Shown: positions 27,158 to 35,752 of the stretch, piece after piece
How positions within the stretch are numbered: the stretch's first letter is position 1
Layout of the letters: every line of letters begins with the position of its first letter
Virus record (IMG/VR): IMGVR_UViG_2595698668_000001
Span: 64,001-128,000 of that record
Reading direction: 5' to 3' (one strand)
From: a virus
Taxonomy: Duplodnaviria > Caudoviricetes
DNA: 64,000 bases
Translations under genes and position numbers: made by a program
Notes under the pieces: model-generated
The model's input: the letters and a program-made list of their open reading frames with translations, nothing else
Database searches by the model: none
Told to the model about the DNA's origin: nothing

Positions 27158-29161
27158 TTAATCATCCATCCACACCTTACGAAGATCAGATTCGGTCCCA
27201 AAGAACATTTCTAGCGCATCGGCTGCTTGTTCATCAACCCGAACAACCTCCATATAAGGGTCTCGAATACATTTCTTGTAGTCGGCTCGGTCTAACTGAC
27301 CCAGACCCTTAACGTGTTCATGTTTCCACCCAGACCCCTTAAACGTCTTGGAGTGGAATTCTGTAGTGTCGTAACTCCACACAGTTTCCTTACCATTTCG
27401 GCTAATAAACTCAGGGGTACGACATACCAGCAATCGCCCTTGGTCAATAAAGTGTTTCCAATACTTATGGAACAAAGAGATTATCAGGTTACTGATGTGT
27501 CCGCGACCATCTGGATCCGCATCCACCAAGATAGCAACATAATCATAATTTGCCTTGGTGTTACGTCGAACTCCTTTTTGACCACGATATTTTAACATAT
27601 CAGGTTGTAGAGTTTGTTCCCAATCCTTACCGGTTACAATACCACGAGTTTCAACCCATTTACCATTAACCAACATTTCATCATTTTCTGCAACAATGAA
27701 ACCATCTTTATTTATAAAGAAATCTCCTGATGGTAGCTCTTTTGTATCATCTAGAGTCATACCAAGAATTGAAATAATATTGGCAATCTCTTTGTTGGCA
27801 ATTACCTTTACCTTTTCGCATTTATGAACAGATAGAAGTTTACCCTTCAACGGGAATCCACCCTGAGTGTCGTGATCGCGAGTTATACCCAGCGGGCCAC
27901 TTGCAGAATCACCTTCTGTCAAGAACAGAGTTGTTTCAAACCCTTTTTTTCCATATTTGTTAGCCTGAATATGTTTTGGTACGTTCGCCGTTAGAGCCTT
28001 CTTTTGTGCCTTGGTCGCTAGTGCCTTTTCCACCGCATCCCGTTTTGCAATTGCACTCTCTACAATTGGCATGATAACAGAATCGTTGGAGATCATCTTT
28101 TTGGCAATAGACTTGATATCGATCCCACAATGGTCCTTAATCTGACCGTTGGAATTACTCAGCCGCTCTTTAGTTTGACCGTCAAATTTAGCACCTTCAA
28201 AACCACGAAGAGAAAGGAACAATAAAGTGTTTTCCTTAATACGAGCTTTGTTAATCTCGACCTTAAACTTACGTTTGATCATCGGTGTCAATTCATCACA
28301 CAGGCTGTTGATCAGATATTCAACATGGTTACCACCCTGTTTAGTGTGAACCCCGTTAACATAACTCAGTTGACGGAATTCGTCTGATGTACCGATAAAG
28401 AACGAACAATTCTCATTTTCAAAGACAACAGGATCCCCAAAGTCACTAGCAAATTTCTTGAACTTGGAATCTACTTTTTTCTTATTGAATGTGAATTTTA
28501 CTTGTGGGAACAAAACAGAAAGGATTTCTACCCGAGAACGGATAACATCAACTACATCAGGGGGCATACCACCAAAGATGTTAAATTTATCAAGCAGGTC
28601 TGGGATAAATTCAACAGTTGTGCCCTGAGTACCACCTTTTTTCTTGGTGTATGATTGGTGTTCTGCATTTTGTGTACAATAGATGGTGACCGTATTTTTC
28701 CCATCACAAGTTGTCGCCCGGAACATTGTAGAGTATAGATTAGTCAATACTGAACCAACGCCATTTTTCCCGATACCCTTACGATCAGCAGAGAAGTTAC
28801 CACCAGAACGGGCTCGGGTGTAACAAGCTTGTGGATATGGGATGGTTTCGCCTTCCGGGGTCTTTACGTCATATTGTGGGATACCACGACCATTATCAGA
28901 AATGGATACCTGATTTGTCTGATCATCAACAATAATATCAATTTTATTAGCAAATTTAAAATCAGTACGAATAGCTTCATCAACTGAGTTATCGATTATC
29001 TCATCAATAATTTTAACCAAACCCGGAATGTATTGCTTTTCTACAAATTTCCCATCAACCAACACTAAATGGGTCTCTTCCGAAAGTGATCCAACATACA
29101 TATCACTATTGAGGAAAATATGTTCATAATCACTTAGGATTTTACCTTCTTGTTCTTTCAT
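27158..29161 (-). CDS. 39: type II topoisomerase large subunit (gp39+gp60 fused)
   Basis: EIIDNSVDE, DNGRGIP, GKNGVGS, TEGDSA, PLKGK, DADPDG, KGLG. Confidence 0.96.
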   Translation of the reverse strand: MKEQEGKILSDYEHIFLNSDMYVGSLSEETHLVLVDGKFVEKQYIPGLVKIIDEIIDNSVDEAIRTDFKFANKIDIIVDDQTNQVSISDNGRGIPQYDVKTPEGETIPYPQACYTRARSGGNFSADRKGIGKNGVGSVLTNLYSTMFRATTCDGKNTVTIYCTQNAEHQSYTKKKGGTQGTTVEFIPDLLDKFNIFGGMPPDVVDVIRSRVEILSVLFPQVKFTFNKKKVDSKFKKFASDFGDPVVFENENCSFFIGTSDEFRQLSYVNGVHTKQGGNHVEYLINSLCDELTPMIKRKFKVEINKARIKENTLLFLSLRGFEGAKFDGQTKERLSNSNGQIKDHCGIDIKSIAKKMISNDSVIMPIVESAIAKRDAVEKALATKAQKKALTANVPKHIQANKYGKKGFETTLFLTEGDSASGPLGITRDHDTQGGFPLKGKLLSVHKCEKVKVIANKEIANIISILGMTLDDTKELPSGDFFINKDGFIVAENDEMLVNGKWVETRGIVTGKDWEQTLQPDMLKYRGQKGVRRNTKANYDYVAILVDADPDGRGHISNLIISLFHKYWKHFIDQGRLLVCRTPEFISRNGKETVWSYDTTEFHSKTFKGSGWKHEHVKGLGQLDRADYKKCIRDPYMEVVRVDEQAADALEMFFGTESDLRKVWMDD

Positions 29162-29176
29162 TTATACCTCAATGAT

Positions 29177-29196
29177 AAAAGGGGACGAATCCCCTT
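29177..29196 (-). terminator. rho-independent terminator
   Basis: AAGGGGA-ttcg-TCCCCTTTT. Confidence 0.75.
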
Positions 29197-29515
29197 ACAA
29201 ACCTTTTTCTATAGAATACAACGTATCTTTACTGGTTGTGAATTTTATTTTTGTAGCCATGTAATGAATACGGTTTGAACCGATCTTAAGATAGTGTCTA
29301 TGTCGCTCCATTGATGGGTGAAAAAGGTCAGGAACCACAGAAACCATATCGTCCACGGAAGTTAGATCTATGAATCGCTCAAACGTAATATATTCTTCTT
29401 GAGAAGGGTTTAAGAAACCCCCCGGTTTAATTCTGGTTTGATAATCAACATTGACATCAACCCATGGGTGGTTAAATGGGTTTAGATCACTCGCGCCCAT
29501 CATCCACCTCGACAA
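29195..29515 (-). CDS. hypothetical protein
   Basis: ORF in operon. Confidence 0.55.
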   Translation of the reverse strand: MSRWMMGASDLNPFNHPWVDVNVDYQTRIKPGGFLNPSQEEYITFERFIDLTSVDDMVSVVPDLFHPSMERHRHYLKIGSNRIHYMATKIKFTTSKDTLYSIEKGL

Positions 29516-29678
29516 ATCGAACGGTTACGTTATCAGTACAATCCATCTGCGCAACCAGTTCACCATCCAGATAATACGCTTGGGTATACCCTTCCGGGTC
29601 GTAAGACGAGCGCATTACAACACCCTCTTGGTTAACGATTGATTCAAATTCTTCGATAGACAGATATTTAATAGTCAT
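29487..29678 (-). CDS. hypothetical protein
   Basis: 63 aa with SD GAGG. Confidence 0.55.
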   Translation of the reverse strand: MTIKYLSIEEFESIVNQEGVVMRSSYDPEGYTQAYYLDGELVAQMDCTDNVTVRFVEVDDGRE

Positions 29679-29683
29679 TTCAA

Positions 29684-30337
29684 TTACCTCATTGAGTTAG
29701 GGTCTACGTCAGTCGGGATATCTTCCAGACCATACGCATATCGTTTTGAATAGATTAACATAAGAATATCACGAGCGCAATCATGAAGTGAGTTATGTTT
29801 TACGAAACCCGGAAGACTCCCGTTAGGGAGGGGGCAATACGTCACATCACGATCCATATTTGCTTCGATTGCGGTTCGTACTTCACGGAAGTTGTTGAAC
29901 ATCACAGGCATAGCAGCAGAAATATCATCATCTGCTAGATCCATAGCATCACAATACCAACTACGGAACCAAATGATATCCATTTCCCCACGAGTCCATA
30001 TATGTGACTTCTTAAACTCAACCCCAGTTTCCACAAACCAATCTTTGATATCCATATACCCATCATATAGGGTCTTATCGTCGCGGGATGGCTTCAAGAG
30101 AGCTTTTGCTTCATCTCCCTGAGATTTCCACCACTCCACGGTGGAAGCACTCACACGACGTCCTAGGGCCTTTTGATGTTTCAGATCGAATTTGATTTTC
30201 TTTCCGGATTCAACCAGACTTTGAAATGTAGGTGGATTTTCAATATCCATTTTGAATGGTATCACAGAAAATTCAACTAAGGTAGCTTTTTCTACCGTAT
30301 TCAAAGTCTCAAAGTCAGTAATATAATCGGTAACCAT
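29684..30337 (-). CDS. dexA: exonuclease A
   Basis: DFETL, STVEWWKSQ, WTRG..D, FVKHNSLHDCARDILML. Confidence 0.92.
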   Translation of the reverse strand: MVTDYITDFETLNTVEKATLVEFSVIPFKMDIENPPTFQSLVESGKKIKFDLKHQKALGRRVSASTVEWWKSQGDEAKALLKPSRDDKTLYDGYMDIKDWFVETGVEFKKSHIWTRGEMDIIWFRSWYCDAMDLADDDISAAMPVMFNNFREVRTAIEANMDRDVTYCPLPNGSLPGFVKHNSLHDCARDILMLIYSKRYAYGLEDIPTDVDPNSMR

Positions 30338-30828
30338 TATTTTGTCCCCGACGAACCAATCCCAGCAGAACCACGAACAGTTTGTGTATTGAAATCATCA
30401 ACTTGGTTAAACTTGATCTGATTGAATACAGGAATGAACACCATCTGACAGAAACGCTCACCCTTCGGAATATGGAGAACCTTGTTGAAACTCATCGGGT
30501 CATCTTCGTTAACAATATGTTCATTCCGAACCTTCACCATGATCTCACCATGATAGTTACCGTCGATAAGACCAACTGTGTTAGCCAATCGGGTATAAAA
30601 TTTGAACCCGAGACCAGAACGAGGGAGAATCATTGCAGCAATACCAACACCCTGAATACCAGTATCGATCTGGCTCATATCAAATCGCATACCAGTGTTA
30701 ACGATGATGTCTTCGCCCGGTTTCAACATAATAGCTTCTGGGGTGCGAAGGTCAATAGCTGCATCGCCTTCTCGTTGAAAATCAGGACACACACCATATT
30801 CAAAACCACTAATAAAATTCATTTCCAT
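30337..30828 (-). CDS. dut: trimeric dUTPase
   Basis: AAIDL, PRSGLG, GLIDGNYHGEI, RFCQMV, RGSAGIGSSG. Confidence 0.93.
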   Translation of the reverse strand: MEMNFISGFEYGVCPDFQREGDAAIDLRTPEAIMLKPGEDIIVNTGMRFDMSQIDTGIQGVGIAAMILPRSGLGFKFYTRLANTVGLIDGNYHGEIMVKVRNEHIVNEDDPMSFNKVLHIPKGERFCQMVFIPVFNQIKFNQVDDFNTQTVRGSAGIGSSGTK

Positions 30829-30840
30829 TTTTATTCTCTC

Positions 30841-31215
30841 TTATTTCAATTTTTCAGATAAAAAGGCTGCGAGCTGCTTCCGACTCTCGCCATATTCAAG
30901 TTCATAGTGACTATCCGCTTCATCGTACATAATCCCATGATGGATATCACTATAAGGGGATTTTACGGGATAACCGTCATCACCAGAAAAATGTTCCCAT
31001 TCAACCCAATACAAGGCAAATACCTCACTCATACAAACACATTCTATGTGGTTCTGTTTTTCGAACGTATCATCATAGTCTGTACAATAATGCCAATCTT
31101 GGTTGCAAAGACCAATTTCAAAACACCACCATTCAGGAAAGACCCCAACCGATACGTTACAAAGAACCTCAGAAACGGTCATTTTATAATCTTGTTCATT
31201 TTCAATATACATCAC
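30841..31215 (-). CDS. hypothetical protein (paralog of 3078..3452)
   Basis: GLC...WEHFSG...YP...YGESR..LA. Confidence 0.7.
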   Translation of the reverse strand: MMYIENEQDYKMTVSEVLCNVSVGVFPEWWCFEIGLCNQDWHYCTDYDDTFEKQNHIECVCMSEVFALYWVEWEHFSGDDGYPVKSPYSDIHHGIMYDEADSHYELEYGESRKQLAAFLSEKLK

Positions 31216-32267
31216 GAAATCCTCTTATGTCCAAATTTACGCCACTTGCTAAGTGCAAGTTCAGCTCTCAAACCACTATATGTGTGGTCTTTCAGGTATT
31301 GTACCACATCATCTATGGTTGCGCCATCGTTTTTAATGAAATCATTGATATCCTTGGAAGGCCAAGGACATTCATCCCAGATAACAACCTTTTCACCGGC
31401 TTTGATTAGATTTTCGATCCGTTTTAGTGTGTCAAATGATCGACCCTCTTTATCAAGTACCCATACCCGTTTATCTGGGAACGGTGCATCTTCAAGAGCC
31501 ATAACACCACCGACGATAGCACATGCATTAGGGATGAACACACTGTCAATTGGTCCTTCCAACATCCAAACTGTTTTTGATTGATCTACACGTTCCATAC
31601 CGTATACTTTCGACGCTTTGTCATCAGCCTTGATAGTCAAATATCGTCTACTCTTATCAACGTTTGGGTCTAATGCTCGACCCTGCAAAGATGAATATGT
31701 TCCATCTTTGTTATAGATTGGGATAACCAATCGATATTCTTTCTTATCGTCATACAGATAGGTTTCTGGTTTAACACTATTAGCAACCTTCTTCCAATCC
31801 GCAGTAAAGAAGAACAGTTTGTATTGATGTTTTGGGATTTTACGAGCTGCAACCCATTTCACGGCTGGATGATTTTCTGGGAGATCCGCTATACAAGTTG
31901 AATATGGTATCACACTCTTTGTGATTAGTTCAACTGGTTTCTCAACTGTTTTTTTAGTTTCGAACCATTCGCTGTCGTCTTTGTTTGCAAATTTTTCCTT
32001 TGCAAATTCTCTATACATTTCAGGTTCATTATCATAAAGATAATTGGTTAACTTCATATTCACGTTACAGTTAAAGCAACCAAACCGGACATGACCCTCT
32101 GATTCGTATAACCACCCACGGGTTTTACTGTAGTCAGTTTTACTATCACCACATACAGGACAGCGGAAATTATACTTTACCTCAACACCACGGGAGTGAT
32201 CTGTGCACAATTCCATCCGGTAACTAAGTCTAGTTGCAAACTGTCGTTCTATATAAATTATGTTCAT
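31212..32267 (-). CDS. 61: DNA primase
   Basis: NFRCPVCGDS...CFNC, QGRAL, EGPIDS, KDINDF. Confidence 0.96.
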   Translation of the reverse strand: MNIIYIERQFATRLSYRMELCTDHSRGVEVKYNFRCPVCGDSKTDYSKTRGWLYESEGHVRFGCFNCNVNMKLTNYLYDNEPEMYREFAKEKFANKDDSEWFETKKTVEKPVELITKSVIPYSTCIADLPENHPAVKWVAARKIPKHQYKLFFFTADWKKVANSVKPETYLYDDKKEYRLVIPIYNKDGTYSSLQGRALDPNVDKSRRYLTIKADDKASKVYGMERVDQSKTVWMLEGPIDSVFIPNACAIVGGVMALEDAPFPDKRVWVLDKEGRSFDTLKRIENLIKAGEKVVIWDECPWPSKDINDFIKNDGATIDDVVQYLKDHTYSGLRAELALSKWRKFGHKRIS

Positions 32268-32314
32268 ATAAAAATCCTCTTTCAACCTATGATATCACAC
32301 TCACCAAAAACAAT

Positions 32315-32337
32315 AAAGCCCCAATTACGGGGCTTTT
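32315..32337. terminator. terminator-like hairpin
   Basis: AAAGCCCC-aattac-GGGGCTTTT. Confidence 0.7.
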
Positions 32338-32774
32338 GCTTCAATTTTACGACGCTCTTTTTTCTTACCCATGACAGACGGGCCTTTATCTGTAACAGAA
32401 CCAGATTTTACCCCAGTTGCGATATTTGTCACATTACCCCCGGAATCACCAGCGATCATCTCTTCATACAACATTTCAATTGTGTATTCTGATTGACCAT
32501 ATGATTCTGTTAAAGTGTCATATCCAGCCTTCACCGCCAACGATTTAGATACCGATTCACCACCATACTTTTGAAGGTTTATTTTCAGTGATCTAATTGC
32601 TGCGTGAAATGATGTATACGCCGCTTTTTCTCTCACGGTTTCCGGCTTCTTAATAAACTCACCGGCTTCGTCGATAATACCGCGTTTGTATGCTTCCCAA
32701 TTACGAAATGGTTTTCTTAATAGGTCTAGCATACGGACGGAATAAATCCCGTCCATAATAGTTTTAATACTCAC
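32325..32774 (-). CDS. 61.1: T4 gp61.1-like protein
   Basis: LLRKPFRNWEAYKRGIIDE.G, EMIAGDSGG...IATG..SG. Confidence 0.85.
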   Translation of the reverse strand: MSIKTIMDGIYSVRMLDLLRKPFRNWEAYKRGIIDEAGEFIKKPETVREKAAYTSFHAAIRSLKINLQKYGGESVSKSLAVKAGYDTLTESYGQSEYTIEMLYEEMIAGDSGGNVTNIATGVKSGSVTDKGPSVMGKKKERRKIEAKAP

Positions 32775-32784
32775 GTTAAATCCT

Positions 32785-32816
32785 CCTTGGTATCCTTTTA
32801 TTTAGTTATCCCAAGG
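32785..32816 (-). promoter_or_regulatory. late-type promoter inside an SD-sequestering hairpin
   Basis: Minus strand CCTTGG...ACTAAATA...CCAAGG; the 3' arm overlaps the SD AAGGAGGA of 61.1. Confidence 0.55.
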
Positions 32817-34364
32817 CGCGTCGTCTTCATGTGTTTGTTCAGCAAGGAGATCGTTGAAGTCAACTTCTGTTTTACTCATACGGCGTTTGAACATAGAACC
32901 ACCCATCGGAGTAGTATCAATTTCATCAACAACTTCCGGAGTTACTTCTACAGGAACAGAAGTAATTTCATCACCACGACGAACAATAACCGCATCGTCT
33001 TGAATATCAGAACGTTCTTCCAGATCCTTCCTTTCGAATACAACAGTATATGGAGTTGTTTCGTCAAGGTCAGACCAACGCATTTTAGCTTTTTCTACAA
33101 CCATACAGAATTTATTATGGGTGTTGATATCGCCATAACGAGATTTAAGTTGCTTAAACAACTGTTGTCCCATCTGTACCAGATCTTCATCTTCTGAAAT
33201 TGCCAATACGAAGTCGCAACCATGAAGAAGTGCATAAGAATCTGCAATATCAGCTTTGTCGATCTCAAGGGAACCAGAAGACCCACGGTTGGTTTGTGCA
33301 CCAGACCAAGCAACAATTTTCTTCTCGATAGCAAGTCCACGTACTTCTTCTGAAATTGCCTTGATGAAAGAGTAAGAGTTATCAGAGAACTTCATACGGG
33401 ACGAAGCCATGATACCTAGGTAGTCTACCATGATAACATCTGGCTTGAAACCTTTTTTCATTTCAAGCTCATCCATCAGGTTTCTGATGTGGTTTACGTT
33501 TGCCCCTGATGTTGGGAACTGTTTGACATAAAGCTTACCAAGCTTTTTACCTGCAACCTTTTTGTTGAACCGGTTCATGAACTCAGATTTTTGGATAAGC
33601 CCACTATCTAGCTCGTCTAGAGTCAGATCCATTAGGTTTGCGTCGATACGCTTACCTACAGTCTCTTCTGACATCTCAAACGAGACGTACAACACGTTCA
33701 ACCCGAGTTGCATATACTCAGTTGCAAGGTGACACAGACCGATAGACTTACCAACGCCAGTACCGGCTAGAATAACGTTCAGTGTACCACGTTCAACCCC
33801 ACCCTTGGTGATCCGGTTCAGCATATGATTCAGGAAAGGGATCTTATTTGTCTTTTGGTTATATGCTTCCCAACGTTCTTCTGCGCTGTTCATATAATCA
33901 TGACCAACATCAAAAGTAAAGCCAACAGACATAGCCTTTTTCATGATCTCTTGCATTGCCCCGATATCTTTTATTTTCGGGTCTTGCTCATCCAGTGGTT
34001 TGGCGAAGTTTTCACGGATCTGGATACACTCAGATAATGCGATATCGATAGCACGTTCTTTACAGAAAGATTCTGTTTCTTCAATCAACCAGTTTTTATC
34101 TTCTGGGATTTGTTCAATTCGAGATACCAGAACTTTAGTCTGATCATACTCTACTTGACTCATATTCTGTTTGCGTTCCAGCATAACATCCAGAGCCGCA
34201 ACCGATGGGGCTTTGTTATGCTTTTTTGCATAGGTATCAATCAAGTCAAATGCAATACGATAAGGCCCCTTAGAGAAATATTCAGATTTAAGAAAAGGGT
34301 ACACCTTACCAAAATACTCGCCGTTGAAAACGAGGTTATTGATAATAATTTGTGAAATACTCAT
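32802..34364 (-). CDS. 41: replicative DNA helicase
   Basis: AGTGVGKS, FEMSE, VDYLGI, QTNR, QLKSRYGD; acidic C-terminal tail. Confidence 0.96.
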   Translation of the reverse strand: MSISQIIINNLVFNGEYFGKVYPFLKSEYFSKGPYRIAFDLIDTYAKKHNKAPSVAALDVMLERKQNMSQVEYDQTKVLVSRIEQIPEDKNWLIEETESFCKERAIDIALSECIQIRENFAKPLDEQDPKIKDIGAMQEIMKKAMSVGFTFDVGHDYMNSAEERWEAYNQKTNKIPFLNHMLNRITKGGVERGTLNVILAGTGVGKSIGLCHLATEYMQLGLNVLYVSFEMSEETVGKRIDANLMDLTLDELDSGLIQKSEFMNRFNKKVAGKKLGKLYVKQFPTSGANVNHIRNLMDELEMKKGFKPDVIMVDYLGIMASSRMKFSDNSYSFIKAISEEVRGLAIEKKIVAWSGAQTNRGSSGSLEIDKADIADSYALLHGCDFVLAISEDEDLVQMGQQLFKQLKSRYGDINTHNKFCMVVEKAKMRWSDLDETTPYTVVFERKDLEERSDIQDDAVIVRRGDEITSVPVEVTPEVVDEIDTTPMGGSMFKRRMSKTEVDFNDLLAEQTHEDDAPWDN

Positions 34365-34383
34365 TAAAAACACCTGTAAAAAG

Positions 34384-34429
34384 AAAAGTCGCTTACGTTA
34401 AAGATTATCCCATAACGTAAGCGACTTTT
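34384..34429. repeat. 17-bp perfect inverted repeat upstream of gene 41
   Basis: aaaagtcgcttacgtta-12 nt-taacgtaagcgactttt; the loop carries TG-G-GATAAT on the minus strand. Confidence 0.85.
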
Positions 34430-34436
34430 TAATTAT

Positions 34437-34952
34437 TTATACAACCTTTTTCTGTGAGGAAAAATGAAGAATACCGGTATCATTCAGCACGAACGGTACA
34501 TCGTCCTCGGTGATGATATGCATCCAGAACCTAGCCTTATATTTGTATTGACGAACCCGTTTTACCCGATTCACAACACCACCATCAGGAGTACAATATT
34601 GAGCTGCATATAGAGCCTGATAGGGGCTCTTGCGGTCATATAGACTCAGAACTTGATGGTTCTCTGCACACAACCAAGATTTCCCGTTAGACATATGGAT
34701 TTCCCATACGTTCGGGTTGACCGGTTCTGTGAACTCCGTATCGACCATACGTAAGATCGTTGCGTATTTACCGGTTTCTGGTCCCTTTAGAAGGATCCGG
34801 TTGCCCTGTTGAATCTCTAGAAGTTGATATAGAGTCCATGTTTGTTCCCTCATGTCCCCATAAATGTCGGGAGCGCAAAAGGTAACAAGGGTATCCTCTG
34901 GAAATCCAGTTACATCATAACAATCATTACGGTCGCAGGTTTGTTCTGTCAT
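34437..34952 (-). CDS. stand-alone Hint (intein-like) domain protein, degenerate
   Basis: Block A-like GFPEDTLVT, block B-like WEIHMSNGKSWLCAENHQVL, block G-like FVLNDTGILHFS. Confidence 0.65.
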   Translation of the reverse strand: MTEQTCDRNDCYDVTGFPEDTLVTFCAPDIYGDMREQTWTLYQLLEIQQGNRILLKGPETGKYATILRMVDTEFTEPVNPNVWEIHMSNGKSWLCAENHQVLSLYDRKSPYQALYAAQYCTPDGGVVNRVKRVRQYKYKARFWMHIITEDDVPFVLNDTGILHFSSQKKVV

Positions 34953-34953
34953 T

Positions 34954-35244
34954 TTATTTCCTTTTGAAAAGATCAAGAAAACGCCCAAAGAAAGATTTTT
35001 CAATCTCAACATTGGTTTGGTTATACATGGCTTGTACTGCATTTTTAACATGTGGATATAGTTCTTCCTTCATGTCTTCATGTGGGGTACTCCAATCTAA
35101 TACAACCTTTCCATCATGATACTGTATATCGTTGATAAACACAAGAAAATTCTCACTATCAATCCGGATAACCAATTCGGTTTGTACATTCTTTAATGCG
35201 TCATTGATTACATCTTTATAGGTATCTTCGTTTATTTCTTCCAT
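34954..35244 (-). CDS. 40: head vertex assembly chaperone
   Basis: DWSTP...KEELYPHVKNAV; between uvsX and 41. Confidence 0.85.
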   Translation of the reverse strand: MEEINEDTYKDVINDALKNVQTELVIRIDSENFLVFINDIQYHDGKVVLDWSTPHEDMKEELYPHVKNAVQAMYNQTNVEIEKSFFGRFLDLFKRK

Positions 35245-35285
35245 ATATTACCTGTAAGAAATAGACCTAGTTTCCTAGGTCATTG

Positions 35286-35717
35286 TTATTTAGGGATGAT
35301 ACTAACCTTGGCATTACAAGAGGCTGCAACAGGATAAACTATTTCATCAAAATACTTTTTATTTTTGAAACCATCTAATACCAAAAGATGACTATAGGAG
35401 AACCCTTTTAGTCCTAATGGGTCTCTTACTAAGACGAAATACGATTCGTTTTCAAGTTTTATGTATTTTGAATTTGAGGCCAAAACGAATTCATCACCAA
35501 AAATATTACCCAATTCTTTTAATTGATATTTTATCTCATTGAATATAGTTCCATTCATTGGTTCCATAACAATGGTTTTTCTCCCTTGGGAATTAAAATA
35601 ACAATCATGAACAGCAGCCGAAACTGGGGTATCCTGAACTCCGATGTGAGTCAAATAAAAACCATAGTCGTTACGAAGATTAATAAACAATTCTACTATT
35701 TCTTTTGTTAAATTCAT
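35286..35717 (-). CDS. hypothetical protein resembling a terminase ATPase fragment
   Basis: IKLENESYF...GLKGFSYSHLLVLDG...EIVYP. Confidence 0.5.
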   Translation of the reverse strand: MNLTKEIVELFINLRNDYGFYLTHIGVQDTPVSAAVHDCYFNSQGRKTIVMEPMNGTIFNEIKYQLKELGNIFGDEFVLASNSKYIKLENESYFVLVRDPLGLKGFSYSHLLVLDGFKNKKYFDEIVYPVAASCNAKVSIIPK

Positions 35718-35730
35718 AATAATCCTATAA

Positions 35731-35746
35731 TGGGGCTTTCGCCCCA
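35731..35746. terminator. hairpin after uvsX
   Basis: tggggc-tttc-gcccca. Confidence 0.6.
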
Positions 35747-35752
35747 ATAATA

